Under the pieces are notes generated by a model. That model worked only from the letters and a program-made list of their open reading frames with translations, was not told where the DNA came from and searched no databases. A stretch of DNA of 64,000 nt. Source: Raillietiella orientalis. Lineage: Eukaryota. Location: contig JAYWIR010000014.1 in assembly GCA_036172245.1 (NCBI GenBank), forward strand, positions 1,798,001 through 1,862,000, written 5' to 3'. A program made the translations under genes and the position numbers. Shown here piece by piece: positions 14,001-26,000 of this stretch (within the stretch, counting starts at the first letter, position 1; every line of letters begins with the position of its first letter).

Positions 14001-17000
14001 GGCATGGGTTTTCCATTCTCTCCCATTCTTGGCCCCCTTCTACTGGAACTGCCGGATACGGAACTGCTTCTTCAGAAGTCGAGGCTATTCAGAAAGAAAA
14101 CGGAAGAGTCGGCATTCTGTGAAGACCCCTTGTTTTGTCAATCCCCATCGCTCCCGGCTCTTCAGACTGTTTCTTCAGGGCTGTTCCATTGTGCTTGCAA
14201 ACACGCATCCATCCTCCGTCAACCAGTTCTTCAGCTTCTACGGAACTCGTAAATACCCTCCGCGAAATTCTATGGCCACGAATCCACAGACAGAACCCTG
14301 GTTTCTGATTCGCTTGCTGGTCTCTGGACCGTTGCTGAATTCGTGCACGATGCTGAAGGCCGCTTCTAACGATCCGTGCATCGATTTCTCAAGCTACTCC
14401 TGACAAGGGCGGACCTGAAAGTTCTCCCAAGTCCTGACTCTTTGCCTTCCTCTCAGGAGCTGGTCACACGGAACTCTGAGGGCCTGTTCTCAGTTAAGAT
14501 TTGCTCAGGTTCCGGGATCCTCAGAAACGCCGGGCGACCCTTCCTTCAGACCTTCCGTCCTTGCTGTCACCGTTTTGAAATTTCGAGTAACGCGATGAAG
14601 AACCAAAGCGCCACTCGACAGGAAATGACGTTTCAAGCTACCTGCCGATTCCGCGTATCCAGGATGAAACCTTCTACGTGACCTGATCTCACCTCAGTCA
14701 CAGTCTCCCTCCGCCAGCACGACTTGGAAAACTCCGCCTGTTTGTATCTGGGAGCGATGGAGCCGCAGTCGAACTGGGAGGCGGCGACAAGCGGATCAGC
14801 AGACCCAGATGCATCGAACGGATGGATGCTGCGAATATACTGCATCTCAGCAACGGGGTCCTGCTCTGCCTATGGGAACTTCTTAACAGACTCTCAGTCG
14901 CTCCATGGGAACCAACTTTCCCGGCAAGAGGTACGTCCCTGCTAGCGGGCGGTTTGCTCCTTGACGACTTAAGGTGATGCCCGAGATGCAGCGACACGAC
15001 TACACAGCGAAATTCACAGAGACTCCAGCAGAGGGGATCCCCATTGCGAAGGTGTTCTTCCAGGTTCGGTGATGCCGGGAGGGAACTGGCAATTCCCTGT
15101 CCGTCGAACCGAGGGCTGGCGCGTTTGCCAAGCGCTGTTCACGGAATCGACCCACAGAGCAGCCTGCGACTGAACGCCGCCGGTCGGCTTTGGATCCTTT
15201 GACCGCCTTAGCGGTAACAGCTCAGGGACGTGAGCGCCGACGGACACCCCCCAGGGTGAAGCATTTCCGATCCTTGGCAGGAGATCTCCGCGAGAGGACT
15301 TCGAAGGTCGGTCTATCTACTCTGAGACAGCCTGTGAATTGGCTCTCTGCCGACAGAAGAGGAGAGGAGGACCACGCATCAATGTCGGACGAAGCGCGCC
15401 AGTCTTGCGGGCGTCAAGGACCATCAAGGGTCCGGAGCACCCGTGTAGTTTGTCTTTCGCTGATAAGAGCCGTTCTTTAGAGTATCGGAATCCAGTAAAC
15501 CTCATAAATTATTCTTGCCTGCTTCAGGATTTCGTCTCTCCCGGCGATGGCGGGAGTGCGAGCGCCTTGGAAACGGTCAACGCCAATCCCCTTTCACCCT
15601 ACTTACGACCCCTTGCCGAAACGCGACGGAATAGCTAGTCCCTTCTCTTTGCTTTCCTCCTGAGATGCCCTCCCTGCAGAGGGTGGCTTCTCCCACACCG
15701 GATCCCACAGCAGTAGCTCGGGGTCAAGCTCCGCTCTCCACCCTATCGGTTCAAGGGAGGCTGCCACGAAAGTCCGGCAGGAAACGAATTTTCCGAGGAC
15801 GCAGAAAGACATGGAGGCGCAGGAGGTGGGTTTCCAGGGAGCCGTGCTCTGCCCTTGCCCGCACCGAGCACTCACCCATGCTGCATGGCTCCTGAAACTT
15901 GTCCATGGTGAAGCAGGAATCCTTGGTGTGGTAGGCCGCCTTGCACCACGAGCACGCCACTGCGACGATCTCTTTGCTCGAGAACAGCTTGGACTGGAAA
16001 CCCTGCAAGTTCCAAAAAGAGCGCGCCATTAGCGAGAAGCCACAGGGACGGCGTGCGCCATTAGCGAGGAGCCACAGGGACGGCGTGCGCCATTTGCGCT
16101 TCTCTTCTTCCCTCCAATGGTCCATTTCCCTCCTTTCCTTCTCTTTTACATGTTCCCGATCAAAGTCTCTTTGATTTTTGCTCGATAAGAGCTTCACGAA
16201 TTCAGCCACCACAACTAGTCGACCGCAGAGGCGCACAAGCTCCTGCCTTCTGCCACAAGAGAGTGGGGCGTGAAGATTGCTCGGCACGAGTGGATCCTTT
16301 CCGGGTTCCCTTCGGAGGAGATACGAGGAGTGGATCCCCGAAAGAGAATTTCCCTCCGAAGAGAATAAGGAAGAGGTTCCTCTCCGGTGGTAAAACAGGA
16401 AGGGGAAGTGTTTCTTTCCTTTCGACCATTCCATTTTCTGGACAATGACGCTCCGCAGAATCCCCAGCCCGACTCTCGAAGGAAGTTCGAGTTTCGATGC
16501 GAACGGCGGCAGTTCCAGAACTGCACCCTCGACGACCCCGTCGTTCCCATCCGGAATGGGCGCACCCGGCTACGCCTCCGAGCGGCGAAGCCGGGACCGT
16601 CCCTAAGGGAGAAGAACAAACCCATCCGTTTCACGTGCTCTGCCGGCCGCCGCCACCGCTAGGAGATAGGTCTCTGCTGAGCGCTCGCAGGAGACCCTTC
16701 CGCCTCTGGGGTAGTGACCGAGAAGCAGCAGAATAACTCCATCCTCGACAACAGGAAACAGACCTCCGGCTTGGGTCCGGAAAGGAGTTCACCTCAGAAG
16801 ACTCAATCCTGCCTCTCCAGCGAGATACCGAGTTCATCTGACTTCCTGCTTTTTGTGTACCGGATGCTGCGACCTGCCGGCACTGGGTCTCTCCCCCGAT
16901 GGTGTGGAAGCGCTCGCGCACTCACGGCTCAGAAGAGACTCGGGGAGTCTCACTAATGGACATGCGACCCACAGGGCGTTCCTCTCGAGGTCAGCCCTGG

Positions 17001-20000
17001 AATGGATCGATCTCGTGCATCGAGCGAGCTGACGAGCGAGTCGAGAAACACGCGGGACAGAAGCGAACGGAGAGCTGCCTCGTCTAACAGACTGGGGATA
17101 GGAGGAGGCGGCGACGATTCCCTTTTAGACGGCGCTGCATCCCTCTTCTCGCATCCATGTTTTTCGGATGCCCTTGCGGGTCAGAATTTCGTGTCACCTC
17201 GGACACGCACATTTCTCGATATAGCCGGAACCAAATACCGAAAACGTAGGGAACTAGTGGGTATGCGGACGCATGCGAAGGAGGAAATCATCCCCTCCTT
17301 CCTCCCCCTCCCCCCCTAGGCTGTCAAAATCCGAGACAGAAAAGGCGATGCAAAAGTGGAATCTGCGTTTTGTCGAAGCACCATGCATGAATTATGTCGC
17401 CGAAAATTTCCACAAAGTGGAAACGAAGTTGATCCTCAGCCTTCAGCACCGGCGGCGTGAAGAGCTTTTATTGTAACCATTCCAAGGAATGGGACCGATT
17501 TGTGGAACTGCCAGACCATTTGGAGGCATTCAAAGCGACCGGCGTGTCAGCTGGACACCTCATAAAGAGCGCGCGAGCGACTGCGGAGCGGAGGTTCTTC
17601 GGGCAACCCGTCAGGCTGTTCGAAACCAAGACTGGAGTCGGTCCTGGGAAGGGAGGATGAGAGCGTCCAGGCTTTCCCGAGGTTACGCGGCACCTCGCAT
17701 CGCCACAGGAGGAGCAACACATGTTGATAGGCGCGCGCCGCTGGCAGCTATTTATAAAACGCTGGCAGCCATTTTAACGAGCCTCTGCTCTTCGCACCGT
17801 GCTATGCAAGCGGTCTTTACGAGGAGCGCACATCTGCGATCCCATGGAATCACCGGCTTGTCATTGAAACACGTCGCACCTGCAAAGTCACGAAAGAACC
17901 AAAAGCGCGCGCCCGGCTGGTGAGGAGCACCCAACCTTGAGAAGACTCGTCGCAGCAGCCGAGGCTGGCGGGCAGAGGCTACGGCTCGCGTGTGGAGAGA
18001 CAAAAACATCCACCAAGTTGTGTGTGCGTCTGACGCCAAAAGTCGCATCCCTTTCCTAGCATGCGCTCCTTGAAGATCTGCTCCTTCCCCACCGGCGCTA
18101 TCCTTGTTGCCACTGCAGCAGCCAGACGGGCCTACCACCGCGCGAATCGCAAGATCTTGCGTCTATGTGAGCAAGGGATGCCAGCGATGACCTGCGAAGC
18201 TCTGGAAGAATCTTTTGCTCTTCTTCACTCTCCCATTTCTCCCCGTGGCCGGCCGCCCGGGAGGCTCGTCGGCGAGCAAGGTCGCGCCCTTCGCCTTTGT
18301 CGCGCTTTGTTTTTCCCACTCCGCCCTGCGTGATCTGACCAGAAACCGGAGATCCTCACAGGCTCGCAGGCAACGGCAGCAAGCAGCAGCATTCTTCCGG
18401 TTCTTTCTCGGGATTTTCTCTCTGCTGACCCCTAGACCTTTTATAGAGCAATAGTTTGACGCGGATGTCGCCCTCGCGATGCTGAAGATGGCAACCGCAA
18501 GCTCCCTCCTGGATCCTCAGAGACATGGCTGAACTCCCTCGAATCCTCCATCTCGAAAAACCGACCTCTTTACTGTGATCGGTCGCCTGTGAGCCACCAC
18601 TTCGGCAACGAAAGGAAGGATAGGAGAGGGATCGAGTCCAATCGTCAGGTCACTTCACGAGGCCCAAGCACCAAAGATTCTGACAGTGCTTTAGAGAGAA
18701 TGGATGCTAGGCTACGTTCACCGCGTTTTAGAAAGCAAGGAAGTTCTGAGCCTGGGTTTCGTCCGCGGACTTGCCGGAATCTATCTTGCCAGAGGATGCA
18801 GGGAATCCTCTTCCCCACCTCTGGCGACCACTCGATTCCAGCTCAGGCGAACAGTCCTTCTCCGGTTCGTGGGTATCTCGCCCTCCTGATTAGAGGGACA
18901 GGGAACGGACGTGGAGGAGGAAAATCCCTTTTCCCACGGATGAGCCCACTACGGATGCCACTACGTGCGGAAAGCGGAAAGGCGGATTATGACGTCCTCG
19001 CAAGTGCCCTCCGCACCCTTCGAGCGAGTTCATCAGGCAGACCGTCGCGGGAGGTGAAGGACGCAGTGGACGCTAACGATCCCCTTGGTGGCTGATATGG
19101 CTCCGTCCCGTGATGCCCCGGACGCTCGTTTCCCCCTCTTCCTTCCACCCAGCAGCGTCGGCCTCCCGTCGACGAGCCGTGAAGAGGACCCGTCGTGCTC
19201 CCGAGACCTGATTGCGGCCGTCCTCGGTTATTGGGAAGAAGCCTCCTGGGCACAGACGGACCTGCGAACTTTCGAATGCTCCTCCTCTCCGTCCCCTTCC
19301 CTCCCTGCTTCTCTGTTGCCTCCAACTCCGATCTCCTGAGGACATCCTGATTAGCTTGTCCCGAGCGATGGAGCTTCCCTTCTCTTCGCCCCGCTGGTCT
19401 AGCGTAGGAGGCTGTGGGGGGAAAGGCGTCCGAATTTCTTCCACATGCCGTCCCTCCCTGGGCGCTTCCTCCGGAGGGCATGCAGAAAAGAATTTTGGGG
19501 AAGGGGGGGCTGCAAGAATCGCTTACTTCGTCCCTGCACTCTTGCTTCGTGGCGGAAATGTCGGGGAGGTCTTCAGCTTCCTTAAAGCAACTCGCTTTCA
19601 GGAACGACGGGAGCAGACAGAGGGACAACTCAGGTGACCTCCCGAAGAAATTATCCGAAGAGGGGTTCGTGCTGGAGGCCGTATGGCTGCGGTCTCTGCT
19701 CGTGGCACCAAGAGTTGAGGGTTCGAATCCCCACCCGGAGAAGGATCGACGGCAAGAAGGGGGGAGTCCCCCTTTTCCCTCGCAGGATAATGCTGACTGG
19801 CCTAGGTTGGCTTTCGGATGCTCTCCGCCTAATGACCGGGATTGGAAGTCGACCCTCCAGGATCCTTCCAGGAAACAAGAAGCGGTTCCCTCCAGAATTT
19901 CCCCCCTCCGATTGTGAAAATGGGGTCGTTTTCCCGCCCCACCCCTGGAGGGAGACCCTCCATCGTGTACGATGGAGATGACTGATACCCCCTCAGAGGG

Positions 20001-23000
20001 TTGTCTCTCCAAATTGTTGAGAAGAGATCCTCCGAAGTCAAGAAACTTGTTCCCTGTGTTCCCTGACTCCTTACCAAGACGGGCCGAACTCAGGTCCGGT
20101 CCGAGGGATGGAGGCAAGCAGCGCCGGAAGCAGCGCGCCGCCCATGACGTCCAGAGTCCAGACACAACGAGTCTCTTCCAGCCGGACAGGGACGCAGCAA
20201 GACGCGAGGTAATTCCGAACTGAAGACGACCTTGGCGCGAACCCAGAAGCGTCGCCGCTTAGTGAGGTTGGCAAGTAGGCACGGGAAGATGCGCTGAAGG
20301 AGCCGCCTGTGGGAATGCCTTCCGCACGCGTCCTTCCGAGGCCAATTGTTGGGGCAGGTGGGACGTGCTTCACGGGCGAATCCAGAGAGCGACATCTTCG
20401 CACAGGGTAGAGAAGCAAGCAATCGCCACAGGAGCGTTCCCCCCAGCGACGGGAACGGAAACGAGGGGGAGGGAACTAGGACGAACAGGAAGTGGAAAGC
20501 TCGGGAGGAAAGAAATGGAGGAAGGAACGCGCAGAGTGTTTGGGATGGGAGGATGCAGCCGATGTGCAGCAGCTGGTCCTCCGGCGGACCAGCAGCCTAG
20601 ACCTCTCCCGAGGCGCTTCTCTCCAGGGAGAAGGCGGCGAGGACAGGCGCCTTCCGGGAGAGATCGCAGATTGAGAGGAGTTCGGTGGGATTCCGGGCGG
20701 TAGCTGAGTCGTCTCCCTCCCACTCCCACCTGTTCTCCATCGCCTCGTCAGAGCAGGTCCAGGTCTCCTGGGAGACGCGAAATTCTCCCTGATAAAGGCA
20801 GCCCTGGGAGCGGTAGTCTTCAATCCGTATCCGTCCGGGATGGAGGAGGATCAGAAAGAAGAAGGGGAGAAAAGTGGGAGGTGACCCCTGCCTCAACGGC
20901 CATGTTTCGCAGGAATCCTTGTACCAGGAAAAGGCGGTTTGTTTCTTTCCTTTCCTGTGGACGCCTCAGGGTCTTCTGACCCCTCTCACTATGCAGCCCG
21001 TTCCCTGAGCTTGCGATGAGGCCCGTGCCTCGCCGAGCGTTGCCCCGGCATCACGCGCGCTTCAACGCCTAGGAAAGAATGAGGCGGACGAGCAGCCCCG
21101 AAGCTTTTCCGTGAAGCGGGAATGAGAGAGGGCTCAGACAAAAAGGGGGGAGAGAGGAGGATAAGAAGGAGGAGGAGGAGGAGGAGGATCTGTAAGGGAA
21201 GGGGGGAGAGGGAAGTTCCCTCGTCGCCATCGAAAATTCGATTACCGCACTGCCCACGCATTCCCTGTTCGAAGGCCCCGAGAGCTCCTGACGTCATCTG
21301 ACGGAGGAGTGGAGGAGAGGAGGAGGAATATAGGAGGGGAGAGGGGGGACTCTTCCTTGCCGCTTGCGGACGCACTCACCGCCGGGCAGAGGCGTGCACC
21401 CCGAGTGAGGATGAGGACGCTCCACTTCCAGCGCGCTGGCAGAGGGGTGGGTGGTGATAGTGGTGGTGGCGAAGGAAGCAAGAGAGGTCTATGGACCGGA
21501 GCGGAAAATGCCGGAGTCCTTTGCAGCACTTTCCCCCCCGCCCCCGGTAGCCAGCGCGCGAGAGTGAGAGAGGCTACCATACGCATCCTTGCACGCGCTC
21601 TTCGTGTCCGAGCGAACCCTCCAGGCGGTCCACGAAGATCTTTGTTTCCCGTCCTCCTCCTGGAGTGACGTCCTTGCCTCCGCGCTCGCGCCTCGATCGG
21701 TATTCGGCCCAACGAAAACGCCGACGGACAACCAAAACGAGAAGGAACAACCGGGATGGAAGTTCAGGCGAGGGCGCCGTTGCCACCTCCACGGAATCCC
21801 GAGGTCGCGCTTTCGGCAGACTCCTGCGTTCCGTCAGACACTTGGCGCCGCCACTCCCGAGAACCCTTCGCCACGCTCCCGTGCGCGCGTACCTCTCCAT
21901 GGCGGGAAGAGGATGCAGCGGAGTGTGGCTTGAGGACCGCAGGGATTTCTCCTTTCCTCCCACTCCGGGACGCGGTGGCTCCGGTCTTCGGGACTTTCGG
22001 AGGAATAGCAGGGCGTGACCCTCTCGCGGTGCAGGGATCGATCGCTCCCGAGAGCTGGGAATTGCTCGGAGACGCAGTGGCAAGAGCGCGCGACCGTAGG
22101 CAAGATGAGGAGCCGAGAGACCATTCTTTTCTCGGTCAGCTCCGAGAGGTCAGAAAGCCCGAAGGCATCCGAGAAGTGGGTTGCACGGCTGAAGAGCACG
22201 ATGGGCTGGAGCTTCGGGAGAGCGAAGGGCGCGCGAGCGAGACGAACGAGGTCAGCGGAGCGGCGGGCTCCAATCACTTTGCCGGAAGCACACGGCTTGC
22301 AGCGGTCCCGTGGCAACGGCGGCGGCAACAGGGCAGTACGGAGAGGTCACCGACAGAACACCGATAGGGAAGGATTGTAGGTGACGAGGGGCTCTTCAGC
22401 TAGGACTCCTCCCCCTCGGCATGCGCTCCCTCTCCGAAGGACAAGCCGCTTCCGCGAGAATTATCTTAAAGATGCAGTGACATTAACTGAAGAAGGAAAA
22501 CAAGACCAACACGGCGGAAGGAAAGTAAGGATAAAAGGAATGGAACCGGAAATGCAGCATCGAAGGAATGTCTCAACTCACCAGCGATAGGGAGAGTGTC
22601 CAGAATCACTAAATTAAGAAGTGGTCTGGGCATGGAGAATTGGAGATGGTAAGGATTCTTTATCGTCTGCTACGATGCAGAGTCTGGACGAGTGGACTGA
22701 AGCCTGCGAATCGCACGGACGCGAATCGCACACTTTCAAGGTTTCCCGAAGAAACACCACCACTAATCGCTACAATATGAATGCGTCGGGGTGGTGCCCC
22801 AGGAAAAAAAACTTTTTGACGTTTCTGGTTCTTTCTGATGCCCTTGCCTGAGGATGGGGGGCGAACTGCAACCTGGCAAGGTCCCATTTCCATTTCACCC
22901 ATCATGCTTTTGAAAGGGAACGTAAAAAAATGAGATCCCCTTCTTTCGGGACCCGAGCACATGACTTCTTTCTGCAGTTCACTCTTCTGCGCAAGGAGAA

Positions 23001-26000
23001 ACCCCTTTTCGAAAAAAGCTCCAGGCGTTTCCAGGAACGTTTCCGTGTTCCCTCTCGATTTCTTCTTCTTCCGAGTACCCCCTGTTCCACTGGCAGCCAG
23101 AGGTCGCTTTTGTGAGTGATCCGGAGATGGTCCAGAGAAACGAGCCACGAATCGAGCAAGGGGAAGGAATCCTAACGAATTTCCAGAAAAGCTGGCACCC
23201 GAAGCAACTGACATGGAAGCTGTGGAACTCGCACTCCCTACAAGAATGGAGTTCCCTTGCGGGAACTCCATTCTTCCACCGGGAAGGAAAGCAGGAAAAC
23301 CGAAATCGAAAGGGAGGAGGAGAGGAAGATTCGACGGAAGGGAAACCTCCATAAGAAAAACTTTCCGGACCTCGAGAGGCTCCCTTTAGTGAAATGAGGT
23401 AGATATTCACGACACGAGATCCGATTCGGGCGACTCAGTTGAGACTCGGCATCTGCAGCATTTACTTGAAACAGGGCGCTCTCAGGATTGCAGCTTCCTC
23501 TCCCTCTTTCACTTGAATCCTCACTTTTTTCTTTTTTATTAGTTCATCCGGCAATTTTCGGGAGAAACACCGCGCGGCTTCAGCTGATGCTGTTCTTGAC
23601 AAAAACCTGAGCATCTCATCCCCACTCCGGAGCCGATCCCAAGAATCCTTAAAGGAATCGAAGATGGGAAAAAAATAATCCAAGACGCAAGGTGGTCCTT
23701 GCCGTCGTCTTTTGGGTTCTGTGCCTTCAGAATGACCTGCCCAGGCTTAGCTCATTTCTTTTTTGAAAGGCTAGGCGCTCAAGAAGGGTCTGGTGGAAAC
23801 CGATGGGCACACCGTCTGGCATTCTCCAGGATGCTTTCCTTCGTGGAGACGTTTCAGCATGCTTGATGAAGAGGACCTCAACAAAGAACGTTCCCTATTG
23901 TTTCCTAACCCCAAAGCCCACCATGAAGCTTCTCATCTCAACAAAAGCAGATCAGTTCGTTTCTTCATCTTCCTGAGGGCCTTCTAAAATTATCTTCATG
24001 CTGTGGCTGCAAGCCATTTCCAGGATTCCAGTTCACTCGAGCCCCCAAAGACATCTCAGGGTCTGGATGCTCGCTATGAGCCCAAGGAAAACGGACAGTA
24101 CATGAGATGAGGAGGTTTTGTGGCCTTCTACGAATTTCTTCCTCGCGGGCAGCCTCCTCACCGCTGCCGGAGAGGCCGGAATCGTCACTGGGCTCAAACA
24201 AGACGGACACGACAGAGTGGAGGACCGAGCGGTGCGTTTCCTTCGCAGTTCCGCTGCATGATGCAAATCGCCGGGAGCTTTCCCTAAGGCGATGGACAGA
24301 CCTACCACCGGATCGCCTTTCTGGAAGATTCGTGAACACTTTTGTTGCTGTTCACCCTAACCAGCAAGCGAATCCTGCCTCCGTGCTGGATCCTGACGCG
24401 CATCACTTCCCGCTTCAGTTTACTTTTCTTGTCTACTTCAGTTTACTTAGTGCCTCGGGTTCTTCGAGCTCCTCTTCGTTCATTCTCCGGGTCACCGAGA
24501 CTCCTGAAGATCCACCAGCGCTTCCACTGCAAACAGATACCACTCCTTCGCCAGCGAAGAGGAGAATCAGATCCGTAGCCTCGCTTCTTGGCCGCGCTTC
24601 ATCCAGAGCCACCGCGCAGGCCACTCGGCTTCACCAGCGCAGGCAGCATCGAGTGTTTGAGATGGAGCTACCTTCGCTCCGGAACCACCAAATCCGAATG
24701 GGAGTCTCGAGTCTCCGCGGCATCAGCCGGCCAGAGGACGCATTCACCCCTGAGTCACCTTCCTGATCCCTGATTCGGTTGACTGGATGGTCGTGGCGGA
24801 TCAAGTGCTCCAGGAAGAAGCCAGGCGCTTGTTTATCCTTCTATCAATCATATTCCCTTCTCCATATTCTGTACCTTTTAGATAACAATTATTCACCTTC
24901 CCTGACCATCAAATCAATCGCTAACCAATGAGTCTGAACATATGAATATTCAAATTTCAAAAATACTAAATTCGATTCTTCCACTAGACACAACCCTTGG
25001 AGATTGCCACGGATGATCCTTAATCCTCAACAGCATTAGAAGAGGCGAGGGAGAAGAAGAGCAAATCTTGAGAAGTGGCCGTCTACTTCGCTTTCAGAGC
25101 GATGACCATCACTGTAAAAGCATTCTTAGTGGAATCTCTGAGATCCGGGGTACAGTCTGTGATGAAGTACCGAGGGATTCGTAGATTCCCGGAAAACGAG
25201 TGCAGAGGAGCACATGAGAAGTGAAATGGTGTGTTCAAACATACAGAGTTCCCAGGATACGTACTGGGAACCCAGGCTGGGTTATCGCTCCTAGTGAAAG
25301 AACACGGAAAGGCAAAGGAAGGAACACAACAGACAGGCTGGGGAGGCTCCTTCTTGCACCAGAGTGTGTATAGAATGGTGGTAAATTCGCCCAGCACGTT
25401 CCAACTCAGTTTCACCCATTCGCCTCCCCCCTCCTAAGATTGCCTCTCACTAGGGCGTGGTACCCTTCTGTTCGCGAAGGGTTCATGCAGTCTTTGAAAA
25501 GATGTAGGACCTTCCCTGAAATCCTCCGTAAGGTAAAGGTAAAGTCAGGAGAGAAATTCCTGGCTTTTCTCAATTCAATCAGTTCCGCCGAATGCGTGAT
25601 TGTCAAGGTAGAGGAGAGGAAAGGGGGGGAGGGGAACGGTCTGAGACTCTCTTGCTGACCGACGGCGCCGTTCATTCGGCGGCCCAATCAGGGTTCGAAT
25701 TTTCACCTCTCTTCACCGACTCAATTTTCGTGCGATTTCTTCTCTGCAAAATGATGCGGAATCCTCATGCACGACGGACTCTTCTTTGTGCCGAATTTGA
25801 ATGATTAATAACGAGTGCGTCCCCGAAGAAGAAGAGCGGAGATCTGCTCTTACTCTTCCCATCGTTGACGGCACACTCGCGGACGAAGTGTGCGCCTGTG
25901 GCTTCGGAGAACAGATCTTGTTTTGCATTTCTCTCCTTCCGCTCTGCTAAGCATCTGGTCGATTCAGGGTTTCATCTGTCGGGATGGAAGAGAAGCACAA

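Noticed and set aside
16023..16094. CRISPR-like repeat
   Set aside because: The units are adjacent with no spacers, and the context is a eukaryotic intron.
18987..20165. 392 aa ORF, the longest in the track
   Set aside because: Runs through a SINE copy, has no domain, and long open frames are expected in GC-rich DNA.
25083..25415. ORF starting KLSWNVLG, similar to a LINE endonuclease start
   Set aside because: No convincing downstream motifs; too weak to call.
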